Origin: a virus
Reading direction: 5' to 3' (one strand)
DNA: 37,486 bases
Virus record (IMG/VR): IMGVR_UViG_3300045988_155952
Location: 1 to 37,486 of that record
The notes under the pieces were generated by a model. That model was not told the DNA's origin and did no database searches. It worked only from the letters and a program-made list of their open reading frames with translations. Shown piece after piece: positions 15,688-22,716 of this stretch. The translations under genes were made by a program, and so were the position numbers. Position 1 is the stretch's first letter. Each line of letters opens with the position of its first letter.

Positions 15688-16074
15688 ATGAATAAATGTG
15701 TATTAATTGGAAATTTAACCAAAGATATAGAATTAAAATTTCAAGCTGGAAGTGGTTTAGCAATAGGAAAGTTCAGTTTAGCAGTTGCTAGACAAAAGAA
15801 AGGTGAAACAGATTTTATTAACTGTATAGCATTTGGTAAAACTGCTGAAACAATGAGCCAGTATCTATTCAAAGGTTCAAAAGTGGCTATTGAGGGGCAT
15901 ATCCAAACTGGAAGTTATACCAATAAAGAAAATCATAAGGTTTATACAACAGATGTTGTTATAGATAGATTTGAATTTGTTGGTGGTAAAAATGAGGGAC
16001 AAGCACCAAGTGGCAATCAATCAAGTTTTGGTGATGATATTACTCCTGTAGATGATGGGGATATGCCATTTTAA
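15688..16074 (+). CDS. ssb: Single-stranded DNA-binding protein
   Basis: MNKCVLIGNLTKDIELKF begins an OB fold. There is a Gly/Gln-rich linker and the acidic tail DDGDMPF. Confidence 0.92.
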   Translation: MNKCVLIGNLTKDIELKFQAGSGLAIGKFSLAVARQKKGETDFINCIAFGKTAETMSQYLFKGSKVAIEGHIQTGSYTNKENHKVYTTDVVIDRFEFVGGKNEGQAPSGNQSSFGDDITPVDDGDMPF

Positions 16075-16162
16075 GTCGTAATTGAAAGAAAGTGAGAAAT
16101 AAAAAGAAGTAATACTAGTTAATATGTATGGCCATACCTTCAGACGTGGAGGGAAAAGAAAT

Positions 16163-17038
16163 ATGGATAATAAAAAAATAAAAATAGAACTATACAATGA
16201 TAATTTTCAAAATTACAAGAGATACAGTATACCAAAAGCTCAATTAGTAATTGCAGATATTCCATATAACGTTGGCACTAACTTTTATGGAAGCAATCCT
16301 ATGTGGTATAAAGGCGGAGATAATAAGAATGGTGAGAGCAAATTAGCAGGCAAAGCTGCATTTAATTCGGATTTTAATTTTAATATTGCAGAGTATTTCC
16401 ATTTCTGCAACAGGTTATTAAAGAAAGAACCTAATAAGCCGGTGCCAAGAGGAAGAAGTTCAGATGCGCCATGTATGATTATATTTTGTGCTTTTGAGCA
16501 AATAGAAAGTGTAAAACAGTACGCTAAGAAATATGGATTTAAAAATAGTATTCCATTAGTGTTTATAAAAAATTATAGTCCACAAGTATTGAAAGCAAAT
16601 ATGCGAATTGTTGGTGCGACAGAATATGCATTAGTGCTTTATAGAGATAAGCTACCTAAATTTAGAAATGGCTTACAGGTAGATGAGAATGGAAAAAATA
16701 TAAAGGGGACAGGGCATATGATTTTTAACTGGTTTGAATGGAAGAGAGATAATACAAAAGAATATCCTAAAATTCATCCATCACAAAAACCGGTTGGATT
16801 ATTGAAACAGTTAATAGAAATATTTACTGATGAAGGGGATGTTGTAATTGACCCTTGCGCAGGAAGTGCTACAACATTAAGAGCGGCTATGGAACTTAAT
16901 AGAAATTGTTATGGGTTTGAAATATCTAAGGAATTTTGTAAAAAGGCTAAAGAAAATATGTTAGCAATGGAAACTCATAATAAAGATATTAAAACAAAGG
17001 TAAATGAAGTGCTAGAAGGACAATATTCAATGTTTTAG
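16163..17038 (+). CDS. Orphan beta-class (N6_N4_Mtase-type) DNA methyltransferase
   Basis: The ATG at 16163 follows GGAGGG. Catalytic motif IV (IADIPYNVG, DPPY-like) precedes the AdoMet motif I (VIDPCAGSATT), which is beta-class order. No adjacent restriction gene was recognised. Confidence 0.8.
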   Translation: MDNKKIKIELYNDNFQNYKRYSIPKAQLVIADIPYNVGTNFYGSNPMWYKGGDNKNGESKLAGKAAFNSDFNFNIAEYFHFCNRLLKKEPNKPVPRGRSSDAPCMIIFCAFEQIESVKQYAKKYGFKNSIPLVFIKNYSPQVLKANMRIVGATEYALVLYRDKLPKFRNGLQVDENGKNIKGTGHMIFNWFEWKRDNTKEYPKIHPSQKPVGLLKQLIEIFTDEGDVVIDPCAGSATTLRAAMELNRNCYGFEISKEFCKKAKENMLAMETHNKDIKTKVNEVLEGQYSMF

Positions 17039-17070
17039 AGCAGAATGTGTAGAAAACACGACATAACTGA

Positions 17071-17130
17071 ATAGGGGTTAAGTTTATAAGCTTAATATAG
17101 GACAAGTTAATGGCATAGGCTTAACCCTAT
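17071..17130. other. Long stem-loop in the MTase / nuclease intergenic region
   Basis: ATAGGGGTTAAG (17071-17082) pairs with CTTAACCCTAT (17120-17130), with one bulged G. The 37-nt loop contains the palindrome TAAGCTTA. Confidence 0.4.
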
Positions 17131-17160
17131 ATTCTCATATGGAAATCAAGTGAGAAGGAA

Positions 17161-17739
17161 GTGATTAGATATTTGAGGTACAAGTATTCGGATGCAGAAC
17201 TTAAAAAGCTTCTTAAAAATCTTTGTATTGTAATTGACACTAGGGAACAGGTTAATAAGCACATTACAGATTATTTTGATAAGAAGAAGATTAAATATAA
17301 AGTCAGAAAGCTAGACCAAGGGGACTACAGTTGCTATATAGAGAGCAACGAGGAAACCAAGCCTTTGGGAGTGACAAGAGATTGGTATTTTGACAATAAA
17401 ATAGCCGTTGAACGTAAAAACTCGGTAGATGAATTGATTCAAAGTATCAAGGATAGAGATAGATTTGAGAATGAATTTGCAAGGCTTAAAATGTACGGAA
17501 TAAAGGTTCATATGATAATCGAGGATAAGGATTTTTATACTAAATTGGCTACTGGTGACTATAGAAGTGAGTATAAGAAAGAAAGTGCAGTTGCTAGTTA
17601 TGAAACTTTAATATCCAGGTATGATATATCGGTTCAAGGACACGAAAAAAGGGAAGTCGGCTACAGAATACACAAGATTTGTTATTACTTCGTAAGGGAA
17701 CTTATTAAAAACATAGGGTACATGGAGGGAGGAAAATAA
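17161..17739 (+). CDS. ERCC4 (XPF/Mus81)-type nuclease; probable junction resolvase
   Basis: The ERCC4 signature is present in order: VIDTREQ ... QGDYSCY ... VERKNSVDELIQSI. The start (GTG at 17161) is uncertain. Confidence 0.75.
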   Translation: MIRYLRYKYSDAELKKLLKNLCIVIDTREQVNKHITDYFDKKKIKYKVRKLDQGDYSCYIESNEETKPLGVTRDWYFDNKIAVERKNSVDELIQSIKDRDRFENEFARLKMYGIKVHMIIEDKDFYTKLATGDYRSEYKKESAVASYETLISRYDISVQGHEKREVGYRIHKICYYFVRELIKNIGYMEGGK

Positions 17740-18833
17740 TGATAGATTACAAAAAGGCACTGGAACTTAAGAAAGAGGGTAAGCCATTAAAAGAAATTAT
17801 GGAAGAGTTAAATATAGATGTTAAGTATAAGACATTTCAGAGGGCATTGTATGAGTATGAAAAGACAGGGCATGAAAGAGAATTTAGAAAAATAGAGAGT
17901 TTAGATGCAGACCTTCAAGAAGTGGTTTTAGAGGCGATTAGAAAGGGGACAACCTTAGAGGAATTAGAATACCAAGGGATAAGCAAGAGGGTGTCTAAGG
18001 CTATAATAGAGGACTTAAAAGAGGAAGGATACGAGATAGGTGAAGCAAACGGAATAATATCTATGTTGAAAACTGTAATAGGTCCAGTTGAGGAACATAA
18101 GGAAGAATGGAATGGTGAGGAAGAAATAATATTCGGGGTTGTATCGGATACCCATTTATGCAGCAAGTACCAACAGATAACATTCCTTAATGAAGCTTAT
18201 GACAAGTTTAAGGAGTTAGGAATTAAGAAGGTTTACCATTGTGGGGATATATCGGACGGATTTTATAAAAACCGAGATCAACAAATTTATGAAATATTCA
18301 AGTTTGGGGTAGATGAACAAGCTGAATATATCATAGAAAATTACCCTAAAAGAGAAGGCATAACCACAGATTTTATAATAGGAAATCATGATAACACCGC
18401 GATTATCAATGGTGGAGCAAATATCGGAAAAATGATTGCCAGGGAAAGAGAAGATATGAATTATTTAGGTCATAGCTTTGCCAAAGTGTGGCTAACACCA
18501 AAGTGTGACATGGATTTAGTTCACCCAATAGATGGTTCAGCATATGCACTTAGTTACTCCGGTCAAAAGTATTGCGATAGCTTAAGTGGTGGGGAAAAAC
18601 CAAAGATTATAGCCATGGGACATCATCACAAATTCTTCTATATGTTTTACAGAAATATTCACTTTATAGAAGTACCAACTACCCAAGCACAAACTCCATT
18701 CATGAAAGGTAAGAAGTTACCAGCTTATACAGGAGCATTGATTTGTAGGTTAAAGGTAGATGCAGAAGGAACAATAAAGAACTTTAATGTTGAGTTATTA
18801 CCACTTTACAAGGCTTTAGAAAATGATTTTTAA
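17739..18833 (+). CDS. Calcineurin-like metallophosphoesterase with an N-terminal HTH-like domain
   Basis: The motifs are VVSDTH, CGDISDG, GNHD and GHHH. Confidence 0.8.
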   Translation: MIDYKKALELKKEGKPLKEIMEELNIDVKYKTFQRALYEYEKTGHEREFRKIESLDADLQEVVLEAIRKGTTLEELEYQGISKRVSKAIIEDLKEEGYEIGEANGIISMLKTVIGPVEEHKEEWNGEEEIIFGVVSDTHLCSKYQQITFLNEAYDKFKELGIKKVYHCGDISDGFYKNRDQQIYEIFKFGVDEQAEYIIENYPKREGITTDFIIGNHDNTAIINGGANIGKMIAREREDMNYLGHSFAKVWLTPKCDMDLVHPIDGSAYALSYSGQKYCDSLSGGEKPKIIAMGHHHKFFYMFYRNIHFIEVPTTQAQTPFMKGKKLPAYTGALICRLKVDAEGTIKNFNVELLPLYKALENDF

Positions 18834-18852
18834 GAGGGGTTAAGTCCCCTCT
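18833..18852 (+). promoter_or_regulatory. Second copy of the AGAGGGG-N6-CCCCTCT stem-loop
   Basis: The 7-bp stem is identical to that at 2019..2038. No T-run follows, and the 3' arm abuts the next RBS. Confidence 0.45.
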
Positions 18853-18864
18853 AAGGAGGTAAAT

Positions 18865-19020
18865 ATGGAAAATGTAATTGGCTTATTTGTAATAATATGT
18901 TTTATATCAGTTGGTGTTATGACGTTAATGATACCTTTTAACATAAGTTCAATAGCGAATAGCTTAAAAGATATAAGGGATTTGCTAGAAAAAGAGAGTA
19001 AAGGGAGGGGTAATCAATGA
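18865..19020 (+). CDS. Hypothetical 51-aa membrane protein
   Basis: The ATG follows AAGGAGGT. The TM segment is IGLFVIICFISVGVMTLMIPF. Its stop overlaps the next ATG (ATGA). Confidence 0.5.
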   Translation: MENVIGLFVIICFISVGVMTLMIPFNISSIANSLKDIRDLLEKESKGRGNQ

Positions 19021-19226
19021 AAGTCGAATTGAGTAATCAAGAATTAAAGGATATACATGAGTGTTTAGGTGCGGTAGCGGTTGAGAATCTTGACCATATA
19101 AATGTTTTTAGAAAAACTGATGATAAGGAGTTTAAACTAATTGCTGATAAATTAGAAAAAGACTATGAAAGAGAAATGTTTTTGCTTAATAAAGTATTCA
19201 AATTAATAGATTGGGGGAATAATTAA
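19017..19226 (+). CDS. Hypothetical protein (69 aa)
   Basis: RBS AGGGAGGGG. Translationally coupled on both sides. Confidence 0.6.
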   Translation: MKVELSNQELKDIHECLGAVAVENLDHINVFRKTDDKEFKLIADKLEKDYEREMFLLNKVFKLIDWGNN

Positions 19227-19774
19227 TGAATTTAGAAGAGTTTAAGGAATATGCAAAGACGGTAACTAGGGAAGAATTTTTTAATATCAGTGGTGGTCGT
19301 TTTGATGGAAGTATTGAAATTGCTGAATGTATGTATTTAACTTGCCCGGGTAATTTGGGTTTATTAGAAGATTGTGGCGAAAAAGGATGCAAACAATGTT
19401 GGTGTGAAGCAGTAAAAGAAATTAAATTCAAAAATGATATAGAAGGTTTCAATATATATGATTCAATGCAAGAAGATTTAAATAGAATTGAAAGAAAAAT
19501 GAAAGAAGATAAAGAAGTAGTGTTGCCGCTTGAAAAGATGCCAGAAGAGTTAATGGACAATGTTAATCACCCTTCACATTATACTCATGGAAAAATAGAA
19601 ACTATAGATAAAATAGAAGATGTTTTGGGGCTAGAAGGTTTCCAAGCTTACTGTGTGGGTAATGCTATTAAGTATTTAGATAGATATAAGTTAAAGAACG
19701 GATTCGAGGATATAAAAAAAGCTAAGAGATACTTAGAATTTTATATTGAGAAAACGGAGGGAAAAGAATGTTAA
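19226..19774 (+). CDS. DUF3310-domain protein with an N-terminal Cys-rich region
   Basis: NHPSHYTHGKIETIDKIEDVL...YCVGNAIKYLDRYKLKNG..DIKKAKRYLE is the DUF3310 signature. Confidence 0.75.
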   Translation: MNLEEFKEYAKTVTREEFFNISGGRFDGSIEIAECMYLTCPGNLGLLEDCGEKGCKQCWCEAVKEIKFKNDIEGFNIYDSMQEDLNRIERKMKEDKEVVLPLEKMPEELMDNVNHPSHYTHGKIETIDKIEDVLGLEGFQAYCVGNAIKYLDRYKLKNGFEDIKKAKRYLEFYIEKTEGKEC

Positions 19775-20034
19775 TTAAGATTTATATAGTTTCAATTATT
19801 TTATTTCTAGTGTTTGGCGAATTAGCAACATTAAGGGCCAAGAGTGTATTAGGTGAGAAAAATAAAAAGAAAAAAAGAACTATGTTGAAAAATTTCATAA
19901 CTTTTATAAGAAGTTTAGGTCTTTCAATGATACCAGTAATAAATACGGCTTTTGCAATTACATTTGCGATTTTGTTTTTCTTTGCAAGTGATGAATGGTA
20001 TAAAGATGCATTGGGGGAGGATAAGGAATGTTAA
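19768..20034 (+). CDS. Hypothetical two-TM membrane protein
   Basis: Two hydrophobic helices flank a KKKKR loop. The starts and stops overlap those of neighbouring genes. Confidence 0.6.
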   Translation: MLIKIYIVSIILFLVFGELATLRAKSVLGEKNKKKKRTMLKNFITFIRSLGLSMIPVINTAFAITFAILFFFASDEWYKDALGEDKEC

Positions 20035-20294
20035 AAATAACCCCAAAGGGAGTTGAGCGTTTTAAGAAAATAGGTGCAGTTATATATTCAAATAAGAGAA
20101 TAGCAATAGTAAAACCGTATACTAAGAATTGGATAAAAAATTGTACTGATAATTTAGTAGATTCTTTCAAAGTATTTCTTGTTGGAATAGCAGGAGTTGT
20201 ATGTTTCCCTTTTATGTTTGTTCGTGGGCTATACTCTTTTTTGCCTACAGTATTTGTAATTAAGGAGGAATCAGATGAAAAAAGCGTTAGATAA
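20028..20294 (+). CDS. Hypothetical membrane protein
   Basis: The hydrophobic core is FKVFLVGIAGVVCFPFMFV. It is coupled to the upstream ORF. Confidence 0.6.
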   Translation: MLKITPKGVERFKKIGAVIYSNKRIAIVKPYTKNWIKNCTDNLVDSFKVFLVGIAGVVCFPFMFVRGLYSFLPTVFVIKEESDEKSVR

Positions 20295-20460
20295 AAGAAT
20301 ATGTGATGTGGTAGAAGGTGCTTCAAACACAGAAACATATAGAGAGTTTATAAGGAACAGTGAAGAAAGCTTTGAAATGGATAAGGCTGATATAGATAGC
20401 ATGGATGATAAATCACTAAGTAATTATATTGAGTTTTTAGATTATCTTTGGAGTAAGTAA
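20275..20460 (+). CDS. Hypothetical acidic protein (61 aa)
   Basis: RBS AAGGAGGAA. Confidence 0.55.
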   Translation: MKKALDKRICDVVEGASNTETYREFIRNSEESFEMDKADIDSMDDKSLSNYIEFLDYLWSK

Positions 20461-20473
20461 GGGGAGTGATTGT

Positions 20474-20878
20474 ATGGATAGAAAGGAAATTCAAGATAGA
20501 ATAGAACAGAATAAAAAGGCTTTAGCTGATTTGGATAAGAAGTATTTAAAGGCTTTTGCACCAGAAGGTTATAAGTCTGGGACAAGCTATAATGACTATG
20601 ACACAATTCACGGAAGCAGAAAATCCCCACGAATCACAGAATATTTTGAAGAACGTAAAAAGATATTAACCTTAATAGAATTAGATGAGGGATTGCTAGA
20701 TAAGGTTGATATGGTAGATGTGGACGAAGAAGAGTATTTGAAAGTGTTAGATACCAATGTTAAAAAAGTAAAGTTTCTAAGAGATGTAAAAGGATATACT
20801 CAACAGGAAGTATCGGATAAGTTAAAGCTAGGATTAAGGACAGTTCAAAGAATAGAAAAAGAAATACGTAATTTGTAG
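20474..20878 (+). CDS. Candidate late-gene transcriptional activator (ArpU/RinA-like, sigma-70 region-4-type C-terminal HTH)
   Basis: The size (134 aa) and the C-terminus FLRDVKGYTQQEVSDKLKLGLRTVQRIEKEI fit, as does the position just upstream of the packaging and late genes. The family call is tentative. Confidence 0.5.
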   Translation: MDRKEIQDRIEQNKKALADLDKKYLKAFAPEGYKSGTSYNDYDTIHGSRKSPRITEYFEERKKILTLIELDEGLLDKVDMVDVDEEEYLKVLDTNVKKVKFLRDVKGYTQQEVSDKLKLGLRTVQRIEKEIRNL

Positions 20879-20909
20879 AAAATGCGAAGTGATTGGAGAA
20901 ATAAGTAAT

Positions 20910-21104
20910 ATGTTTAAAATAGAAGAATTATTAAATAAATGGGATAAGAACAAACCAGTTAGTTTAAGAAAAATACAAGAACATGCTCAGTGTATTCGAT
21001 GTATTAATAGAAATTCAGAAAGGTGTAAAAGTAAAGATAAATTCTTAATAAGAGTTTGCTATGATTTTATTCCAAGAAGTTCAAAAACTGAAAATCCATT
21101 TTAA
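20910..21104 (+). CDS. Small Cys-containing protein (CIRC...C..., 64 aa)
   Basis: In-frame ATG at 20910. The RBS is weak, so the start is uncertain. Confidence 0.45.
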   Translation: MFKIEELLNKWDKNKPVSLRKIQEHAQCIRCINRNSERCKSKDKFLIRVCYDFIPRSSKTENPF

Positions 21105-21122
21105 TTAGTTCATAATTCTAAG

Positions 21123-21166
21123 AAATGGCGTAAAAGTGGCGGTAAATTGTCAGTAAAGTGGCAGTA
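21123..21166 (+). repeat. Three tandem AA(A/G)TGGC(G/A)GTA-like boxes upstream of the late promoter
   Basis: The boxes are aaatggcgtaa (21123), aaagtggcggtaa (21133) and aaagtggcagta (21155). Confidence 0.55.
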
Positions 21167-21170
21167 CCAT

Positions 21171-21192
21171 TTGATTTTTAATGTGTTATAAT
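21171..21192 (+). promoter_or_regulatory. Extended -10 promoter (TGtTATAAT) lacking a properly spaced -35; probably activator-dependent
   Basis: TG at 21184-85 and TATAAT at 21187-92. The nearest TTGATT (21171-76) is only 10 nt away. Confidence 0.5.
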
Positions 21193-21217
21193 GGTATTAA
21201 GTTAAAGTGTAAGATAA

Positions 21218-21251
21218 GTCGAGGGATTAAATTCTCTCGGCTTTTTGTTTT
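21218..21251 (+). terminator. Strong intrinsic terminator about 30 nt downstream of the late promoter
   Basis: GTCGAGGGA (21218-26) pairs with TCTCTCGGC (21233-41), 9 bp including wobble pairs, followed by TTTTTGTTTT. Confidence 0.7.
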
Positions 21252-21434
21252 GCTTTAAAACTGACTGTGAAGCTTAGCTATCCTGGTTTTGCTAAGTGGA
21301 GTTTGGAATAGGGTGCATTGTTTAGCAATAAGTCAACGGCCAGATGCAATAAGTCTAAACATGGGGTTGGAGTTATAAGGGTTTACCAACGTGTCAGTAA
21401 GGGAGTGGAAGGCTGATGTATAAAACTACTGGAG

Positions 21435-21644
21435 GTGAATGGGTTGGAGAGATATATCAAGAAAGTTTTATTGTGTGGCAAGGATGAAAAGAACAGAGAG
21501 TGTATTTGCAGTTTCTTTAATCCTAGTTGCCAAAAGGGTTATAACGGAGAATGTGAAGAAGTAGAATGCACCATAGATAGATTTGGTGATATAAAAGAGT
21601 GTTTTAAGAATAATAAAAGAGATCATGCTAAAAGTGATATATAA
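21435..21644 (+). CDS. Cys-rich small protein (7 Cys) upstream of terS
   Basis: The RBS GGAGGTG overlaps the GTG at 21435, so the TTG at 21444 is the likelier start. Codon usage looks phage-like. No family recognised. Confidence 0.5.
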   Translation: MNGLERYIKKVLLCGKDEKNRECICSFFNPSCQKGYNGECEEVECTIDRFGDIKECFKNNKRDHAKSDI

Positions 21645-21681
21645 AGTGTTGGATTGTTGGTAGAAAGGAGGTAAGTATAAA

Positions 21682-22101
21682 ATGGCTTTAACGGATAAAC
21701 AAAGAGAAGCTATTGAATATATCGTAAAAGGGGAAAACATTAGTAATGTTGCCAAATTAGTAAAGGTTAATAGAACTACTATTTACGAATGGATGAAGAA
21801 AGAAGAATTTAAGAGTGAAGTAGACAGGCTTACAACAGAGATAAAAAATGGAGTTAAACAAAAGATTAATGCTAAAATCGATTCTGTGCTTGACCAAGTG
21901 TACAAGATAGCCACTACAAGCAAGAGTGAAAAGAATAAGCTAGATGCCTGTACTTATCTGCTAGACCAAGCCTTAGGAAGGGCTACAAGCAAGGTAGCTG
22001 ATGTTACGGACAAGGAAACAGATAACGCTAAGGTTGACCTAGATAGCGAGATGAAAGACCTCGATAATGTGGTTGATTTCGGCAAAGTTAAGGCGAAATA
22101 A
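21682..22101 (+). CDS. terS: Terminase small subunit (HTH-type)
   Basis: LTDKQREAIEYIVKGENISNVAKLVKVNRTTIYEWMKKEEF is an N-terminal HTH typical of small terminases. The gene lies upstream of terL. Confidence 0.75.
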   Translation: MALTDKQREAIEYIVKGENISNVAKLVKVNRTTIYEWMKKEEFKSEVDRLTTEIKNGVKQKINAKIDSVLDQVYKIATTSKSEKNKLDACTYLLDQALGRATSKVADVTDKETDNAKVDLDSEMKDLDNVVDFGKVKAK

Positions 22102-22272
22102 TTTAATACTTCGCGTAGAGCAACGCGAAATAATAAAAATAACGCCAAAAGTTTAGTGGGAGTAAACAAGGTTGTGGTTATTCTCAATAGATTCTCAACA
22201 AGGAATGAGAGTATCACTAGCTTAGAGCATTACAAAAATTACTTCGTGAAATTGATTATTTAGCGAAATAAT
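22093..22272. repeat. Three dispersed copies of GCGAAATAAT, plus related TCGTGAAAT and a TTCGCG/CGCGAA hairpin
   Basis: The copies are at 22093-22102, 22125-22134 and 22263-22272. The hairpin is at 22110-22129. Confidence 0.6.
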
Positions 22273-22293
22273 TTACTGTGTGCTACTCAACTC

Positions 22294-22335
22294 CTAGATA
22301 GGGGGGGTATGGTTCTAATTTGCCACTCTCTCTAG
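22294..22335 (+). ncRNA. Unassigned G/C-rich hairpin (CTAGATAGGGGGG ... CCACTCTCTCTAG) within a terminated non-coding unit
   Basis: 11 of 13 positions can pair, around a 16-nt loop. No ORF is present. A terminator-like hairpin plus T-run at 22382..22412 follows. Confidence 0.35.
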
Positions 22336-22381
22336 GGCGGTGTCTTAGCTATATAATTTTTATAATAATTTTTCAACTTTG

Positions 22382-22412
22382 AGATTAGCAATTAAGCTAG
22401 TCTTTTTATTTT
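22382..22412 (+). terminator. Intrinsic terminator-like hairpin immediately upstream of tRNA-Trp
   Basis: AGATTAGC pairs with GCTAGTCT (8 bp, one G:T), followed by TTTTTATTTT. Confidence 0.5.
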
Positions 22413-22414
22413 GT

Positions 22415-22488
22415 GGGAGTGTAGTTTAATGGTAAAACGATAGTCTCCAAAACTATTGATTGAGGTTCAATTCCTCATACTCTCGCCA
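22415..22488 (+). tRNA. tRNA-Trp: tRNA-Trp (anticodon CCA), CCA-encoded
   Basis: Manual cloverleaf. The acceptor is GGGAGTG/TACTCTC (2 G:U) and the D stem is GTTT/AAAC. The anticodon stem is ATAGT/ACTAT with loop CTCCAAA. The T arm is TGAGG-TTCAATT-CCTCA, with discriminator G plus CCA. Confidence 0.88.
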
Positions 22489-22628
22489 ATGTTAGTCCGA
22501 CAAGCCTATGGTATTTAGGATTTTTACTCCTTGATACTATGCTCAAATGGTTTCTCTTTAATTAACCGAAGTACAAGGTTAAAGGTAGTAGGACAAGATG
22601 CAATTCGCTGAGAGATACTACCTAATAT

Positions 22629-22716
22629 GGAAAGTTGTCTGAGAGGTTTAAGGTGCTTGTTTGCTAAACAAGTGATGTGAAAGCATCCACAGGTTCGAAT
22701 CCTGTACTTTCCGCCA
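22629..22716 (+). tRNA. tRNA-Ser: tRNA-Ser (anticodon GCU), class II with a long variable arm, CCA-encoded
   Basis: The acceptor is GGAAAGT/ACTTTCC and the D-loop is GAGAGGTTTAA. The anticodon stem is CTTGT/ACAAG with loop TTGCTAA. The variable arm is GATG-tgaaag-CATC and the T arm is ACAGG-TTCGAAT-CCTGT. The D stem is weak (one mismatch). Confidence 0.8.

Noticed and set aside
22102-22414. A third, degenerate tRNA or a known self-cleaving ribozyme (hammerhead, twister or pistol) upstream of tRNA-Trp
   Set aside because: The GGTTCTAAT T-loop-like string lacks complementary T-stem arms and an acceptor stem. I found no CUGAUGA...GAAA hammerhead core or other ribozyme consensus by eye. Only a covariance-model search could overturn this.
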